Positions 23,509 through 37,135 of a stretch of DNA of 64,000 nucleotides are shown piece after piece. Positions within the stretch are counted from its first letter, which is position 1. Each line of letters starts with the position of its first letter. The position numbers and the translations under genes are program-made. The notes under the pieces are model-generated. The model worked only from the letters and a program-made list of their open reading frames with translations, was not told the origin of the DNA and did not search any database. Origin of the DNA: Malacoraja senta (lineage: Eukaryota); the NCBI GenBank assembly GCA_038087875.1, contig CM075977.1:35030001-35094000 (forward strand), given 5' to 3'.

Positions 23509-24468
23509 TCAGTACCCCGTTCCTGCCTTCTCCCCATATCCCCTGACTCAGCTAGCTTTAAGAGCCCTATCTAGCTCTCTCTTGAAAGTATCCAGGGAAC
23601 CGGCCTCCACCGCCCTCCACCGCCCTCCGAGTCAGAGGATTCCCAATTGCATTTCAAACAATTCTGACCACAGAGTGAAGCCAGTGTTTGGAAAATCTAG
23701 TGAACTAGAGTCACGACGGCTTGTTCTTCTCCAGTGTCGTTGCCACAGCAAATCATCTAAAGGTGCTTCCCAGGAGCAATAATCAATAAAAGGATAAATC
23801 CAAACAGCGTATTGAGATTTTAAATCCAAGTGACCATAAGCTAAGTCAAAGAAAAATATGCCAAAACTTGATTTCAACGAACTGTTTTATTGTTGGATTT
23901 CAATTTGATTTAACCTACAATCTATTTCTGAGCACATTGAAAATAGAATGATATGAACCAAGTACAGGTGTGTATTTGGCAGGGACATGGTGGGCTGTTT
24001 CTGTGCTACAGAGAACCGGCCTCCACCGCCTTCTGAGGCAGAGAATTCCACAGACTCACAACTCGTTGTGTGAATAAGTGTTTCTTCAACTCCGTTCTAA
24101 ATGGCTTACCCCTTATTATTAAACTGTGGCCCCTGGTTCTGGACTCTCCCAACATCGGGAACATGTTTCCTGCCTCTAGCTTATCCAAACCCTTAATAAT
24201 CTTATATGTTTCAATAAGATTCCCTCTCATCCTTCTAAATTCCAGAGTTTCTAAGCCCAGCTGCTCCATTCTCTCAGCATATGACAGTCCTGCCATCCCG
24301 GGAATTAACCTTGTGAACCTATGCTGCACTCCCTCAATAGCAAGAATGTTTTTCCTCAAATTTGGAGACCAAAACTGCACACAATACTTCAGGTGTGGTC
24401 TCACTAGGGCCCTGTCCAACTGCAGAAGGACATCTTTGCTCCTATACTCAACTCCTCTTGTTATGAAA

Positions 24469-24619
24469 TCCATAATGTTTTATTATTAATGTTTAATGTT
24501 TTATGTGTCATTCCTAACTGTCACTCTATGTCATGTTGTCACTTGCGGGTGGAGCACCAAAGCAAATTCCCTGTATGTGAATACTTGGCCAATAAACTTA
24601 TTCATTCATTCATTCATTC
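24469..24619 (+). mobile_element. Rex1/Babar-type 3' tail inserted in CR1
   Basis: caaattccctgtatgtgaatacttggccaataaa plus (ttca)n; CR1 sequence is near-contiguous on either side. Confidence 0.7.
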
Positions 24620-24826
24620 AACATGCCATTCGCTTTCTTCACTGCCTGCTGTACCTGCATGCTTACTTTCAACCACTTCAGCCCCCACAACATTCCCTCC
24701 AGCCCCTCACATCACCAGAAGTGGAATCTTGTACTCTGATCACATTCCCACCACAAATGTTGTGCTGCCTGGAATCTCGGAGCACTAAGATCTAAGTATC
24801 TCCTCCACTCTGGTAATTGAATCTGC

Positions 24827-27800
24827 CTATATTTTACTTCGGAGTCACGTGAGTGACCACGTGAAGAGCCCACCAGCCCGCATGCGCGTCATTACATCTG
24901 TCGCATGGCGCAGTGACTGATTGGCAGGCGCGTCGCTCCTGCCAGCGGTAAGTTTAAACCTACAGGTACGTTTTGTACTTCTTACCAGGTTCTGCTTTTT
25001 CTTGCAGGAACCTCTTCTTACAGAGTTTTCCTGCTGGATATTGTTGCGAAGTCCGGACGGGCCGCGGGAAACCGGTTATGGGCTGTGGGGACACTCCGGT
25101 CCGGACCGTGGGAAAACAGTTATGGGCCGTGGGGACACTCCGGTCCGGACCGCGGAGGCGCGGGTAGCCGGCGGCCGTCGGGTTCGCTACACCAGTCGCT
25201 GACAATGCGGTCAGCGGCTTCCAGACCGCTGTGGTTCTCGTGGAGGGGTAAATCCAGGAGGAGGGCGGTATCACCACCAGAGTCGCTGACAGTGCGGTCA
25301 GCGGCTCCCAGGCCGCTGTGGTCCCCAGGACATGGGGTAAAACCAACAATAAGGCCTATGGACTCGGGTGAGTCAGGCCAGGAGGGTTCCCCTCCTACAA
25401 CGGACGTCTACCCCACATGGAGCATCTAATGGAGGGGTTGCTCCACAATGATATGCTCCAAAGGAGGGAGCTATCAGCGCGGGTCTCCTCGGGAGCCCGC
25501 GGCAGCGGCAACTGTTACAGGGCTGCACAATGTCTCCCTCTCTGAGGAGGAGAGCATTCGGGGTCAGCTTTCTGACTCAGGAGATCGAAGGTATAGCGGA
25601 GAGCATACCACGAGACATGAAGGGCTTAAATCGACGTGCCCGCAAGGAAAAAATGAAGCATGGATAGCGCCCTCGGGCTTTTATCCCACAAATGTGATGT
25701 TCCATCCTGATATAGATCCGTAGGAGGGGCAATATCAGCGCAGGTATCCTCAGGGGCCTGCGGCAGCACCTGTTTCAGGGCTGCCTACGAATCTCCCTCT
25801 CTATGGAGGGAGTGCGAGTGGTCAGTATGTAACTGACTTCAAATTCTAAAGTATGTCCGTGGAACATACTGGAGCACATGCGTATGGCTTCAAGGGAATC
25901 CTCGCAAATGAAGGTGTTGCTGCCAGAAGAGTTGGTTACCAGCCGTTGGCAGAATACACGGAAGGGGCCAGAGTTCCCCTCACGCTACAAGTGCCGGCAG
26001 TGAACAGCGCTATCAGGGGGACATTAGAGCCAGCCGCCGAATCTTCTATTCAGGTAAGACCTATTCAACAGGCAAAACCTGGATGAGGATGCAAAAGCTG
26101 TCAGACCAATCAAGGTACCAACGGCGAGCAAAGCTTCATAGTTTCGGCGACAACACACCCCACGCGTCCATCGGCAATAAGCGGTTCACTGAAGCTGATG
26201 GCAGCGTGAAAGCTGGGCAGAGGTTCGACACACCCTACCAGTCCTACTTTACAACCAAGGTAACCAGGCAGGTAGGTGGGTCTGGCACTTCCGAAACATG
26301 GGATAAGTGGACCACTTACAAGTTGGTAATATTTACACTTGTTTGTACAACACACAAATGGTTAAGGCATTGTCATCTACTTAGCAGCATCTAACCATGT
26401 AAAACTGCACAATACTAGCATTCCAAGCAGGCTTGGAATTGGGGCCAGAATTGGCTTTTGAGGCAGGCTCAGTATTATGGCCAGGATTGCCTTCGAGACA
26501 GGCTCGGAAATATGGCCAGTTGTCTTTCGAGGCAGGCTCAGAATTATGGCCAGTGTTGTCTTTCGAGGCAGGCTCAGAATTATGGCCTGAGTTGTCTTTC
26601 AAGGTAGGCTCAGTATTATGGCCAGGATTGTCATTCAAGACAGGCTCAGAAATCGGGCCAGAGTTGTCGTTCGAGGCAGGCACGGAATGATGGCAGGCGT
26701 GGCCTGTTCATTGTGAAAGATGGAGAATGTTGTTTAACTCGCATGTGCAGTATAAACTTTTCCGAATAGGAAACTTCGCTACTGACTAACAACTGATTTT
26801 CATAAGGATATTTATGGCATGCATCAATCTCAAAGATACATTCTATTCAGTTCCCATTTACAGGAATCACCGGAGACATTTGAAATTATCAGGATGAGGC
26901 AATGATAACAGTAAAGCATTGCAAAATGGGCTAACTTCAGCACCCAGGTTATTTACCAAATTACTAAAATCGGTGCTTGGACTACTCAGAGTTCAAAAAC
27001 ACTTGTTATGTCTTGGCTGGATGATATTCTAACGATGTATTTTGCTAAAATCAACTGTTTCAGCCTCAAACTATATTTGAGAAATTGGGGTTCCTCATCC
27101 ATCCAGTTAAATTTAAGTTGATACCAAATAGACTTGTTGATCATTGGGATTTACCTTTAACTATTAATTAGCCTGTGACTCCGCCATGGGGCAATAAATT
27201 GGAGTTAATAGAAGCCTGTAACAACCTTGTTGTTATAAAGCAGCCTTCTATTCATCAAGTGTAATTGGCAATATAGTAGCTGTGATTCAGCTGTGCAAGT
27301 GGGGGAACTGACATCGTGCAAAGTAGCAACCTCTCAAGTGCAATGGAGGTCATTGTTAACAGACCTATGCTATTACCAGCTGAAGCTACCAAAGTCACCA
27401 TGATGGACGAACAATATTCAGCATTGCTCCAGTAGTTTGGTCAGTAAAATTTCAGTTATATTTCAAACTGATGCTAAGTGCTCTAAGGTGGAAAATTGCG
27501 AATACCATCTCTAGTTTGGAGGTGGAGGAGATTTGCATGAGTTGCCAATTCTTCAGTTATTGGTATCAACTATTACCAAGACATTAGGTGCATTCTATGG
27601 GTTAAAGGGTTATTGAGCGAATATGCATAATCTGCATGCTCAACTTAAAGTTGATACACTATGGTGGTGGCATATGTTAGTCACATGGGTGCAATCAAGT
27701 AAAAGTATCCTGTAATAATTTACCTAATCTCATTTGCCACTGGTGTATCATCACGTACAGATCAATGACAACACAGAATGGGTGTTGGATCACAAAGTAT

Positions 27801-29440
27801 TTCATGAAATTATGGTTCGATGGAACACCGAATATCGATATGTTTGTTTTCATGCTCATTCACCGGTTGCAAAAATATGTGGCATAACAGTGGCGAGAGA
27901 TACATTCTTGCTACAAGGAGGAGGAATGTTCTTTTATGTCTTCCTCCATTTTGCCTCATCAGTCGGGTCTTGAAATAAAGTCAGCAAGATCCCGCTTTAG
28001 GGTTTCATACTGTCTGACTGGCCTATGCAGCCATGATTCCCGCTTTTGTCTGGAATAATAATACAACCTTATACGGTTATTCTAAACGTAAAACTTTGCT
28101 GGTTCAGCCTGTGGATTGGGAAACCAGCCTCTGCATGATAAAATCAATTTATTGACTTGCAGGTTCTGAGTAGACTGCTCCTACGGCTCGGGTTGTCACA
28201 CCGATCCATGTACGTGCTCACTGCAGAGTGCAGGAATAGCACCAAAAAAGCAGTACATTTCCTCTTCAGAAGATGGGAAGCATTTTGTTTAAATGCTAAT
28301 GTTACATTTAATACGGTACAGATTACTGACGTCTTGGAGTTCATTTTCAAATGGGTCTTTGACAATAATAGAGTTATAGGGCCATTAACTGGGCCCAACG
28401 TGCCTTCCCATCATATTTGCTGCAGCGAACGGGACCCACTCTGTCGGGTTTCACCCTCGGATATCGAGTTTGTAAAGGATATCTTTAACACAAGTTCTCC
28501 CAGGACAAGTACAGGGCAGTATGGAATATTGACATTGTGTTAACACTACTTCACCAGGGGGCTCCAGCTACATCCTTAGCTTTGGCCCGGCTCTCATAAG
28601 GTAGTTATCCTCATGCCGCTGGTCTCAGCGCAACGGGTTCAGTCGCTACATAATTGCGACTGGACAGGATGGTTACATCTGCAAATAATATAATATTTTA
28701 TGTTTATGATTTAGTTAAGCAGAACAGAAGGGGCGTCAGATCTCAAACTAGTTTCATGGCATACCCCAGGGACCTTCGGTTACGTGTGGTCACACATTTA
28801 CAACATTACGTCAAGGTCACCTAGAGCCTTAGAGGCTCTGATACTAGCTATGTTTGTTAGTTACAAAAAAACGTATAAGAAAGTATCAATTTAGACCATC
28901 TCCAGGTGGTTAAAACGGGCCTTTGGCTTATGCAGGAGTAGATACTAAGTTTCTAATCTCACTCCACCAGGGCTGCTACAACATCAGCAGCAAGGGTTAT
29001 GTACGGTCCTCTGGACCACATCCTAGCGACTGCAGGATGGTTTAACGAACGATTTTTCCAAACATCTTATAATAACCCATTGCCAGACCAGGGGTATTTG
29101 CCAACTCTATTTTAGGATCAGTTATATTGTTTCCTCCCGGATGAGAGAGGTTACTATTATTATTATTATATATTCATTATAAATGTTTCCCTTATCTGTC
29201 AATTGAAGCAGTTGTGGTTGTGTAGACTCGTTTCTCACGGCATGAAATTACAGAGCTTTGAAATCTTCACGTAGTCACTCACATGACTCCGAAGTAAAAT
29301 AGTAAGATTAAACGAGAACTTACCAGTTTGAAGTTTGATCTTTATTTTATGAGGAGTTATGATGAGGGATTACGTGCCCTCCGTTCCCAACCCTCTCTCA
29401 TAAAGGTCAGCTGGTAGTTCTAGTTTCTCTAATCTTACTA
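24827..29440 (+). mobile_element. DIRS1-type tyrosine-recombinase retrotransposon, near full length, decayed
   Basis: RT MACINLKDTFYSVPI (~26815), NGLTSAPRLFTK, LDDIL; RNase H QTDA; methyltransferase-like DWPMQP; YR SAQRVQSLH, SHSTRAATTS (~28957), TAGW. Internal complementary region 29264-29326 pairs with the left end (24827-24868) and the right end (29411-29440). Confidence 0.92.
26425..26690. repeat. 36-bp minisatellite (~7 units) inside the DIRS element
   Basis: Unit ggccag(a/t)gttgtctttcgaggcaggctcagaattat; 12-aa periodicity in ORFs on both strands. Confidence 0.85.
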
Positions 29441-29819
29441 TATTCAGTTCATCAACTGTTATCTGTGACTATCCCCTCTCACAGAGCTGAAGATGGGTAC
29501 CAATCCAAAACATTGCCTGTCCATTTCCTCCACAGATATTACCTGATCTGCTGAGTTCCTCCAGAACTTTGTGTTTTGCCCAAAACAGTTGTTGTAAATC
29601 TTTTGTATACCCTGAAACTTGCAAGTGGTAAGTTTGGATGAGGGAAGAAAATGTTAGCGAGAGAATTCCAATTTATCAAATCTATTCTGCTGAAGGAATG
29701 TTTGTTAGTGATGAAATGATTAAATTTGGGGTTGAGAAACAGGCCAAAATTGGAGGAGTGCAAATTTCTCCAAAGGAATTTGAGGTTGGAGCGATTATTA
29801 TGACAGACACTGTGGGCGG

Positions 29820-30437
29820 CACATAGATACATAGATACATAGAAAATAGGTGCAGGAGTAGGCCATTCGGCCCTTCGAGCCTGCACCGCCATTCAATATG
29901 ATCATGGCTGATCATCCAACTCAGTATCCCGTACCTGCCTTCTCTCCATACCCCCTGATCCCTTTAGCCACAAGGGCCACATCTAACTCCCTCTTAAATA
30001 TAGCCAATGAACTGGCCTCAACTACCCTCTGTGGCAGAGAGTTCCAGAGATTCACCACTCTCTGTGTGAAAAAGGTTTTCCTCATCTCGGTCTTAAAGGA
30101 TTTCCCCCTTATCCTTAAGCTGTGACCCCTTGTCCTGGACTTCCCCAACATCGGGAACAATCTTCCTTCATCTAGCCTGTCCAACCCCATAAGAATTTTG
30201 TACGTTTCTCTAAGATCCCCTCTCAATCTCCTAAATTCTAGCGAGTATAAGCCAAGTCTATCCAGTCTTTCTTCATATGAAAGTCATGACATCCCAGGAA
30301 TCAGTCTGGTGAACCTTCTCTGCACTCCCTCTATGGCTTTAATGTCCTTCCTCAGATTTGGAGACCAAAACTGTACGCAATACTCCAGGTGTGGTCTCAC
30401 CAAGACCCTGTACAACTGCAGTAGAACATCCCTGCTC
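29820..30437 (-). mobile_element. CR1 LINE 3' fragment (young subfamily)
   Basis: ORFs 30284-30469 and 29921-30226 encode the CR1 RT C-terminus; near-identical to 40600-41180. Confidence 0.95.
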
Positions 30438-30438
30438 C

Positions 30439-30748
30439 CGGCACAGTGGTAGAGTTGCTGACTTACCATGCCAGCGACCCGAGTTCAAACTTGACTATAG
30501 GTGCTGTCTGTAACAAATTTGTACGTTCTCTCTGTAACAGCATGGGTTTTCTCCGGGTGCTCTGCTTTCGTTCCACACTCGAAAGACGTAGAAGTTTATA
30601 GGTTAATTAGCTTTGGTAAAAAAAAAATTGTAAATTGTCTCTAGTGTGTAGGATAGTGCTAGTGTATGGGGTTGATTGCTTGTCAGAGCAGACTCGGTGG
30701 GCTAAAGTTCCTGTTTCCACGTTGTATCTCTAAAGTCTAAAGTCTAAG
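30439..30748 (+). mobile_element. tRNA-derived SINE (HE1/V-SINE-like)
   Basis: A-box-like ggcacagtggtag, B-box-like gagttcaaac, V-domain-like gggttttctccgggtgctc, (ctaaagt)n tail. Confidence 0.85.
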
Positions 30749-31774
30749 GAATAACAGGGAGCGATCTGAAAACATGCTAGAAAATTGTAAAGGTGTGTGA
30801 CATTGCCACAAGGAGTGGTGTTATTGCTGCCACCAATATGTAGGACTCATCTCTTCATGTCTCACCCATTCACAAACTGTACACTAGCGAGTTCCACAGC
30901 CTCATTTTTACAGCAATGTTGATCTTTCTAAATAACTGTTATTTTATCCCTTCATCAACTCCCCCCTCATCACTATTTTCCAGGCGTATTGGTCCCTCTT
31001 TTTTTATATTCACTCTGTGCTGGTGTCAATGCACTTTCCTCTGTGTCTAATCCTTATAAAGAGCCAGCTAGTCAAAGCACATATCCATAAATTATGGTCT
31101 AAAACCATTACAACAGCTTCTTAAATAACTCCACACTAATGAATAACTCCGATCCAGTGTACAACACTTGCCAATTTTTCTTCAAAAAAAGTCTGATGAT
31201 TATAATTTCTCTTCAAGTATGTTATCAGCAAGGGGTTCCTTCTGAAGTTCCTTTTTTCTATGACTTACATGGGGAGGCATCATTTTTCATTCAGTTCCAG
31301 TTCTAGGTAAACCAATGCAGAGGTAATAATGTTGGAGGAAAGGTCATGAGATACTAAGCAGACACTTCCTCTCTTTTTATTCAGTCAGGGCACTGGGGAC
31401 ATATTTTTACACAGTTTAAAATTTCTCCAGCAATTGTGCAAGTCTTCTGGGAAGGTGGAAGGTTTTAAAATACCAAGGCATTATAAGATTGGGGATGCTG
31501 GGATGACAATATGGAGCTGATGTCCAGAGTATGCCCATGAAGTCTGGGTCAGGAGAAGGTGAACTGCTTGGAAGGTAGTGCATTTTTGGAACACTAACCT
31601 CAGCAACTGTGATCCTCTATGTACTGTGTCTTTGGTTGCATTATGGACTTCAGTTTTTGTACTATTATGGTTACATAGTATTATGATTATGAATTTATTA
31701 TATTTTTTGATTACCACATATTATCTTGGTCTTATTGCATTTAAGGGCCCCGTTGAGCCGCAGAAAGTAAAACT

Positions 31775-32310
31775 TCCTTCTGCTGTCATGTTCTGACCCA
31801 GACTATCCCCTCTCAGGCTTTGCTCCACCCCACCTCTTTTTTGCAGCTTTCTGTCCCATACTGCTATCAATCTGAAGAAGGGTTCCAACCTGAAACATCA
31901 CCTGTCCATTCCTCCCACATATGTGGCCTGACCAACTGAGTTCCTCCAGCACTTAATGTTTTGATCAAGATTCCTGCATTTGCAGTTCCTTGTGTCTCCA
32001 TTTTATTGTTCCACTGCACAATCTCAAAATATGATTACATCCAAAAAACTCTACTCTTCTTCACGACAGGAGTTCCTTGAAGCCCACTCTCACTGCTCCC
32101 CCTCTGTGATTCCTGCTGCTCTTCGACCATGTTCTGACCCAGACTGTCCACCTATGACTTGCTAGACTTTGTCCCACCCCCACCTCCCTTTTCCAGCTTT
32201 CTCTACCCAACAATGATCAATCAGAAGGATCCTGACCCAAAAGTTACCTATCTATTTCCTCCACATATATTGCCTGACTCGCTGCGTTCCTCCAGCACTT
32301 TGTGTTATGC
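31775..32310 (+). mobile_element. Two tandem Penelope pseudo-LTR fragments
   Basis: catgttctgacccagact occurs at ~31788 and ~32128; ctgaagaagggttccaacctgaaacatc core at 31872-31899. Confidence 0.7.
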
Positions 32311-33803
32311 GTAATAAATTCATTGTTCTATGGTTGGTACATATGACAATTAAACACTCTTGACTCTTGTCTCACTATGAGTACACTGGCCAATGCTTAA
32401 AGTGTCCTAATAGATAACAAGAGGGTAGAGGGGCATTGGGCTGACAACCCATCATCTCCATTTTTAGACATAAACTGGAAGTTAAAAGGAAGCCTGAGCC
32501 CAGGGGGAGAGGGGAGATAAATGATGTGCAGTAGCAGATTATCTGGTGGCCAGCAGAAGGCTGTGATATGTTGATGGTCCAGCTGGAAACTTTCTCCCAG
32601 TGGAAATGTTTGTTGAATGGCTTTCAGTGAGCTCTCCATACTAGGATAAAGTGAACACAGCTCCATCCCTCGCTATTTCCACTTCTCATGAAAGGAATCA
32701 CCACCTGCTTGGGGCAGCAGTGTTGAGTAGCAATTGGTGACCATTTAGAATTTGCTTGAGGCAGTCCAAAAGTTAGGAAATGTCTTGGGACAAGATTCAC
32801 CTTCTGATCTAAATGTTAAATGTGTGGTGTAGGAAATGAGTTGCAGGGACTAGGTTCAATGGGAATGCTTCACAGTAAACTGCCTTTGACAATTATTTAA
32901 TTCCATGTATATTATTTAATTCCAAGTGCTATTGGAAATCACCCATTTTCACTTCTGTTAAATCAATTTGTTAAATTATTTATTTATTGTTCATTCATGG
33001 GATGTACATTGCATTGGCTTGATTGGATTCTTAATTTGACCTGCATTGGCATAGTGTTTGAGACCATTTCAAACGCAACTAAGAGCTTAAATGCAGGATG
33101 GTGGGTAAGACAGAACCAGGTGAGTTCCACAGTTATCAGTAATTCCAGATTTTTTAAATCACACGAAGTTAAGTTCCCAGCTGTGGTGGTGGAATTCAAG
33201 TTGATGTCTGCAAATTGACTGGATACTTGTTCAGTGGCGTTAATATTACTGACGATCTGCCGTGGACTAGCCACGTTGATGTGACAGCCAAGAAGGTACA
33301 CCAATACCTCTACTTCCTGAGAAGACTGAGGATTTTTAGCATGTCCTTAGTGACTCCGACAAACATCTCCAGATGCACCATGCAAAGGATACGGTTGGAT
33401 TGCTTCACAGCTTGGTTTGGGAACAGCTCTGCCCAAGACCACGAATAATTGCAGAGAGTAATAGATGTAGCCCAGTCCCAGGCAATACAGACACCGTCTC
33501 ATTGACTCCATCAACACTGCACGCTGCCTCAGAAAACCAGCCAACATAATTAATGACATCTCACCTCACTCATTCCTTCTTCTCCCTGCTCACATCCAGC
33601 AGAAGGTACAGAAGCTTGAAAACACACAGCACCAGACTCAGGAACATCTTCTTCCCCTCTGTTATCAGGCTTCTGAATAGTTCTTCTATAAGCCAGAGTA
33701 CTGTCTGATTCACCTCTACCCTTTTGCAAATATTGGACTTTGTCTATGAAACTGATGTGCTACAATGCTGAAAACCTTTTTCTGCACTCTGTCTTTGCTC
33801 TAC

Positions 33804-35640
33804 AAAAAGAACTTCCCTCAGAACTCAGGGATGCTCTAATAGTGACCATTTTCAAGAAGGGGTACAAGGCTGAATGTGGAAAGTACAGGGGCATCTCGCT
33901 CCTGTCAACAACAGGCAAATTCCTAGCTCGTGTCCTCACAAACTGACTTCTACCACTGTCTGCGGAGGTACTCCCAGAATCACAGCGTGGCTTCCGCCCA
34001 TCCAGAGGTATAGCAGACATGATATTAACAGCACGCCAACTCCAGGAAAAATGCTGTGAACAAGGCAGCCTTTGTACATGGCCTTCATAGATCTGACAAA
34101 AGGCTTTTGACTCGGTAGCCTGCCAGGTTCTTTGGAGCATACTTTCAAGGTACGGCTGTCCAAGGTACAAGTACATCAGAATATTGAGGCTTCTACATGA
34201 TGGCATGCCGGTCACAGTGCTCAGCAACTGCAGCTCTGAGTCCGAGCCCTTCACTGTGGAAATGGGGGTCAAAGAGGAATGCATTATCGCACCCACCCTG
34301 TTTGTCATCTTCATTTCTGCCATACTTCACCTCATTGGTGAAGAGCTGCCACAGGGGATCCTAATCCTCTACAGAACTGACAGTGGGCTCTTCAACCATA
34401 ATAGGTTGAAGGCCAAGAGAAAAGTCAGTAACACTGCTGCCATCATGGAGCTTCAGTACGCGGACGACTGCGCCATTGCAGCACACTCTGCAGAAGACCT
34501 CCAGGGCATCCTGGATGCCTTTGCCAAGGCTTACAGAGCCATGGGCCTAGCCTTAAATATCAAGAAGACCCAGGTCCTACATCAACCTCCACCCAACCAG
34601 CCGTCTAACCAGCCCACTATAAAAGTGGACGACACCACACTTGAAAACATTGACCACTAACCCTACCTTCCATATTGTGTTTTTGATTTTTGTTTTTGGA
34701 TTTAATTCTATCTTTAATTTGTGTACTGGTGATGTCTTTGCTATTTATTTCATTCCGCTTACATGTTTCTACACTATTTGTTAAACTTTGTAAGGTGTCC
34801 TTGAGACTTTGTGAAAGGCGCCCATAAATAAAATCTATTATTATTACCTTGGCAGCATTCTTTCCTCAAAAGCTGATATCGACTCCAAGGTCAACCATCG
34901 CCTGAGTTGTGCCAGCAGAGCCTACGCCAGACTCAGGAAAAGAGTCTTTGAAGACCGAGACCTAAAGGCCCAAACAAAACTGCTGGTCTACAGAGCCGTT
35001 GTCCTCTCCACCCTGTTGTATGGAGCCGAGTCATGGACCACCTACAGCAGGCACCTGAGAGCCCTGGAACAATACCATCAAAGATCCTTACGAAAGATTC
35101 TGAGGATCAGCTGAGAGGACAAACGCACCAACGGAGGAAGCCAACATGACCAGCATCATCACCACAATAATGCAGCACCAACTTCGATGGAGTGGCCATG
35201 TCATCCGCATGTCCAACACACGTCTCTCTAAACAAATCCTGTACTCTCAATTGAAGGAAGGTTGGCGAGCCCCCGGCGGGCCAAAGAAACGCTTCAAGGA
35301 CAACATCAAGAACAGTCTGAAAAAATTCCACATCACATCAATCACTGGGAGCACATTGCACTGGACAGGCGCTCCTGGAGGAAATTCGTGCAGGAAGGAG
35401 CTGCACTTCACGAAATGGAACTACGCCGTGTCGCAGAGACAAAGCGACAGCACCGTAAGGAGAGAGAGAAGGGGGCTCAACAACTACCAACCACCGCCAG
35501 TCTCCACTGTCCACGTTGCACCAAGGTGTGTGGATCGCGGATCGGACTCTACAGACATCTGCAGACCCACAAGTAGATAACCCTATGGAGAGGAGAGGAG
35601 AGGACAGTCATACTCGTTTCGAGTGACCGCCGATGATGAT
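33804..35640 (+). mobile_element. RTE-clade LINE (BovB-like), 5'-truncated, decayed
   Basis: DALIVTIFKKG..CGKYRGISLLS, LQYADDCA, QLRWSGHVIRM, C-terminal CPRCTKVCGSRIGLYRHLQTH; (gat)n tail. Confidence 0.93.
34670..34844 (+). mobile_element. L2-like 3' tail inserted in the RTE element
   Basis: gtaaggtgtccttgag...aaaggcgcccataaataaa(att)n; TSD TACCTT at 34664-34669 and 34845-34850 interrupts the PYLGS codons. Confidence 0.75.
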
Positions 35641-35934
35641 ACTTGAGTTTGACTTAATTGTATTTATGGGTAATATTATTTGATATGATTGGATAGCATG
35701 CAAAACAAAGCTGGATAGATGGGGAAATTGCTTCTTTCTTCTTAAACGTCCTTCTTCAAGGACCTCTCCAATCAATGCAAACCGTCCAGGCAATTGTGGC
35801 TTCCAGCTATCATGGGCGTCAGTACGAGTCTGAGCAAACAACCCTTAGGAGCTAGCTTGTTAAATCAATATAGCTAAGATCACAGTTGCATAACTGTTAG
35901 GTTTTCAATTATGAAGCACCTTGTCAAAGTCAAA

Positions 35935-36140
35935 TTGGTGTTTAGAGTCACAGCGTGGAAACAAGGTATTCGGCCCACCGTGTACACACCGACCATCGAT
36001 CACCAATACACTATTTCTGTATTATACACACTAGAACCAATTTACAGAAGCCAATTAACCTATAAACGAGCACATCATTGGAATGTAGGAGGAAACATGA
36101 ACACCCGGAGAAAACCCGTGCGGTTACAGGGAGAACATAA
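35935..36140 (-). mobile_element. HE1/V-SINE-like fragment
   Basis: acagcgtggaaacagg...cccggagaaaaccc...gggagaac, as in 60450-60785. Confidence 0.7.
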
Positions 36141-36534
36141 ACACTCCAGTTCTTGCAGTATCATAAAGCAAAGGACGGAGAAGAGCGGAATCTCTTCCCA
36201 CCAAGCAACCACTTACACCGCAAATGGACTTGAAGCCTTACACAAAGACACCCACAAATCCATACAAAAACACCAACCAACTCTTTGACCACACTTGCAC
36301 ACACTCTCACACATATAAACACATATATATATATATACTAGACTAAGTGGGACCCATTGGGTCCCATGTTCATGGGAGGGTTGGTCCCCCAATGCAATAT
36401 TCCACCTCTCCACCAATTCCAATATTGGTGGCCAGTCGGGGGGAGGGGCTTTCTGGAGCGCTAGTATGGGTGTTGTGGGCCCAATGGACAGGTTTCCAGG
36501 GGGGTAGCATGGACATTGTGGGCCGAATGGATTC

Positions 36535-36762
36535 TTGGGCTGGCAGCTCAGTCACTCAGGCCTGGTGGGCTGGCAGCTCAGTAACCCAGGCCTGGTGGGC
36601 TGGCAGCTCAGTCACTCAGGCCTGGTGGGCTGGCAGCTCAGTCACTCAGGCCTGGTGGGCTGGCAGCTCAGTCACTCAGGCCTGGTGGGCTGGCAGCTCA
36701 GTCACTCAGGCCTGGTGGACTGGCAGCTCAGGCACTCAGGGCTGGTGGGCTGGCAGCTCAGA
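36535..36762. repeat. 30-bp tandem repeat (~7.5 units)
   Basis: (tggcagctcagtcactcaggcctggtgggc)n. Confidence 0.95.
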
Positions 36763-36839
36763 AACTGCCATAAATTCTGCCCAAAACAGGTGAGAGACTG
36801 TGAGAGAGAAGGGAGCGAGGGTGGAGAATCAATTTTAGA

Positions 36840-37135
36840 CAGTTTCAAGCACAGGGCAGGCCAAACAGCTCATTGCATTTTCAATTCATTTCCCTTACCA
36901 TTGCAGTTTCAAGCACAGGGCAGGCCAAACTGCTCATTGCATTTTCATTTAATCTCCATTTCTATTGCAGTTTCAAGCACAGGGCAGGCCAAACAGCTCA
37001 TTGCATTTTCATTTCATTTCCATTTCCATTGCATTCAAGCACAGGGCAGGCCAAACAGCTCATTGCATTCATTTAATTTCCATTTCCATTGCAGTTTCAA
37101 GCACAGGGCAGGCCAAACAGCTCATTGCATTTTCA
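36840..37135. repeat. ~63-bp tandem repeat (5 units)
   Basis: (gcagtttcaagcacagggcaggccaaacagctcattgcattttc...)n. Confidence 0.9.

Larger units (their letters stand above)
21503..24670 (-). mobile_element. CR1 3' fragment(s), split by a Rex element (21596-23508), a ~360-bp segment (~23645-24007) and a Rex-type tail (24469-24619)
   Basis: CR1 tail 21503-21595 resumes at 23510; ORF 24006-24473 encodes the CR1 RT C-terminus; CR1 sequence resumes at 24620. Confidence 0.85.
33120..35712 (+). mobile_element. Rex/Babar 3' fragment, split into 33120-33803 and 35641-35712 by an RTE element
   Basis: [14 protein letters not shown]...AWFGN; the 3' UTR matches 13060-13240 and continues after the RTE. 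Confidence 0.8.

Noticed and set aside
33760-34323. 187-aa minus-strand ORF
   Set aside because: Antisense to the RTE reverse transcriptase
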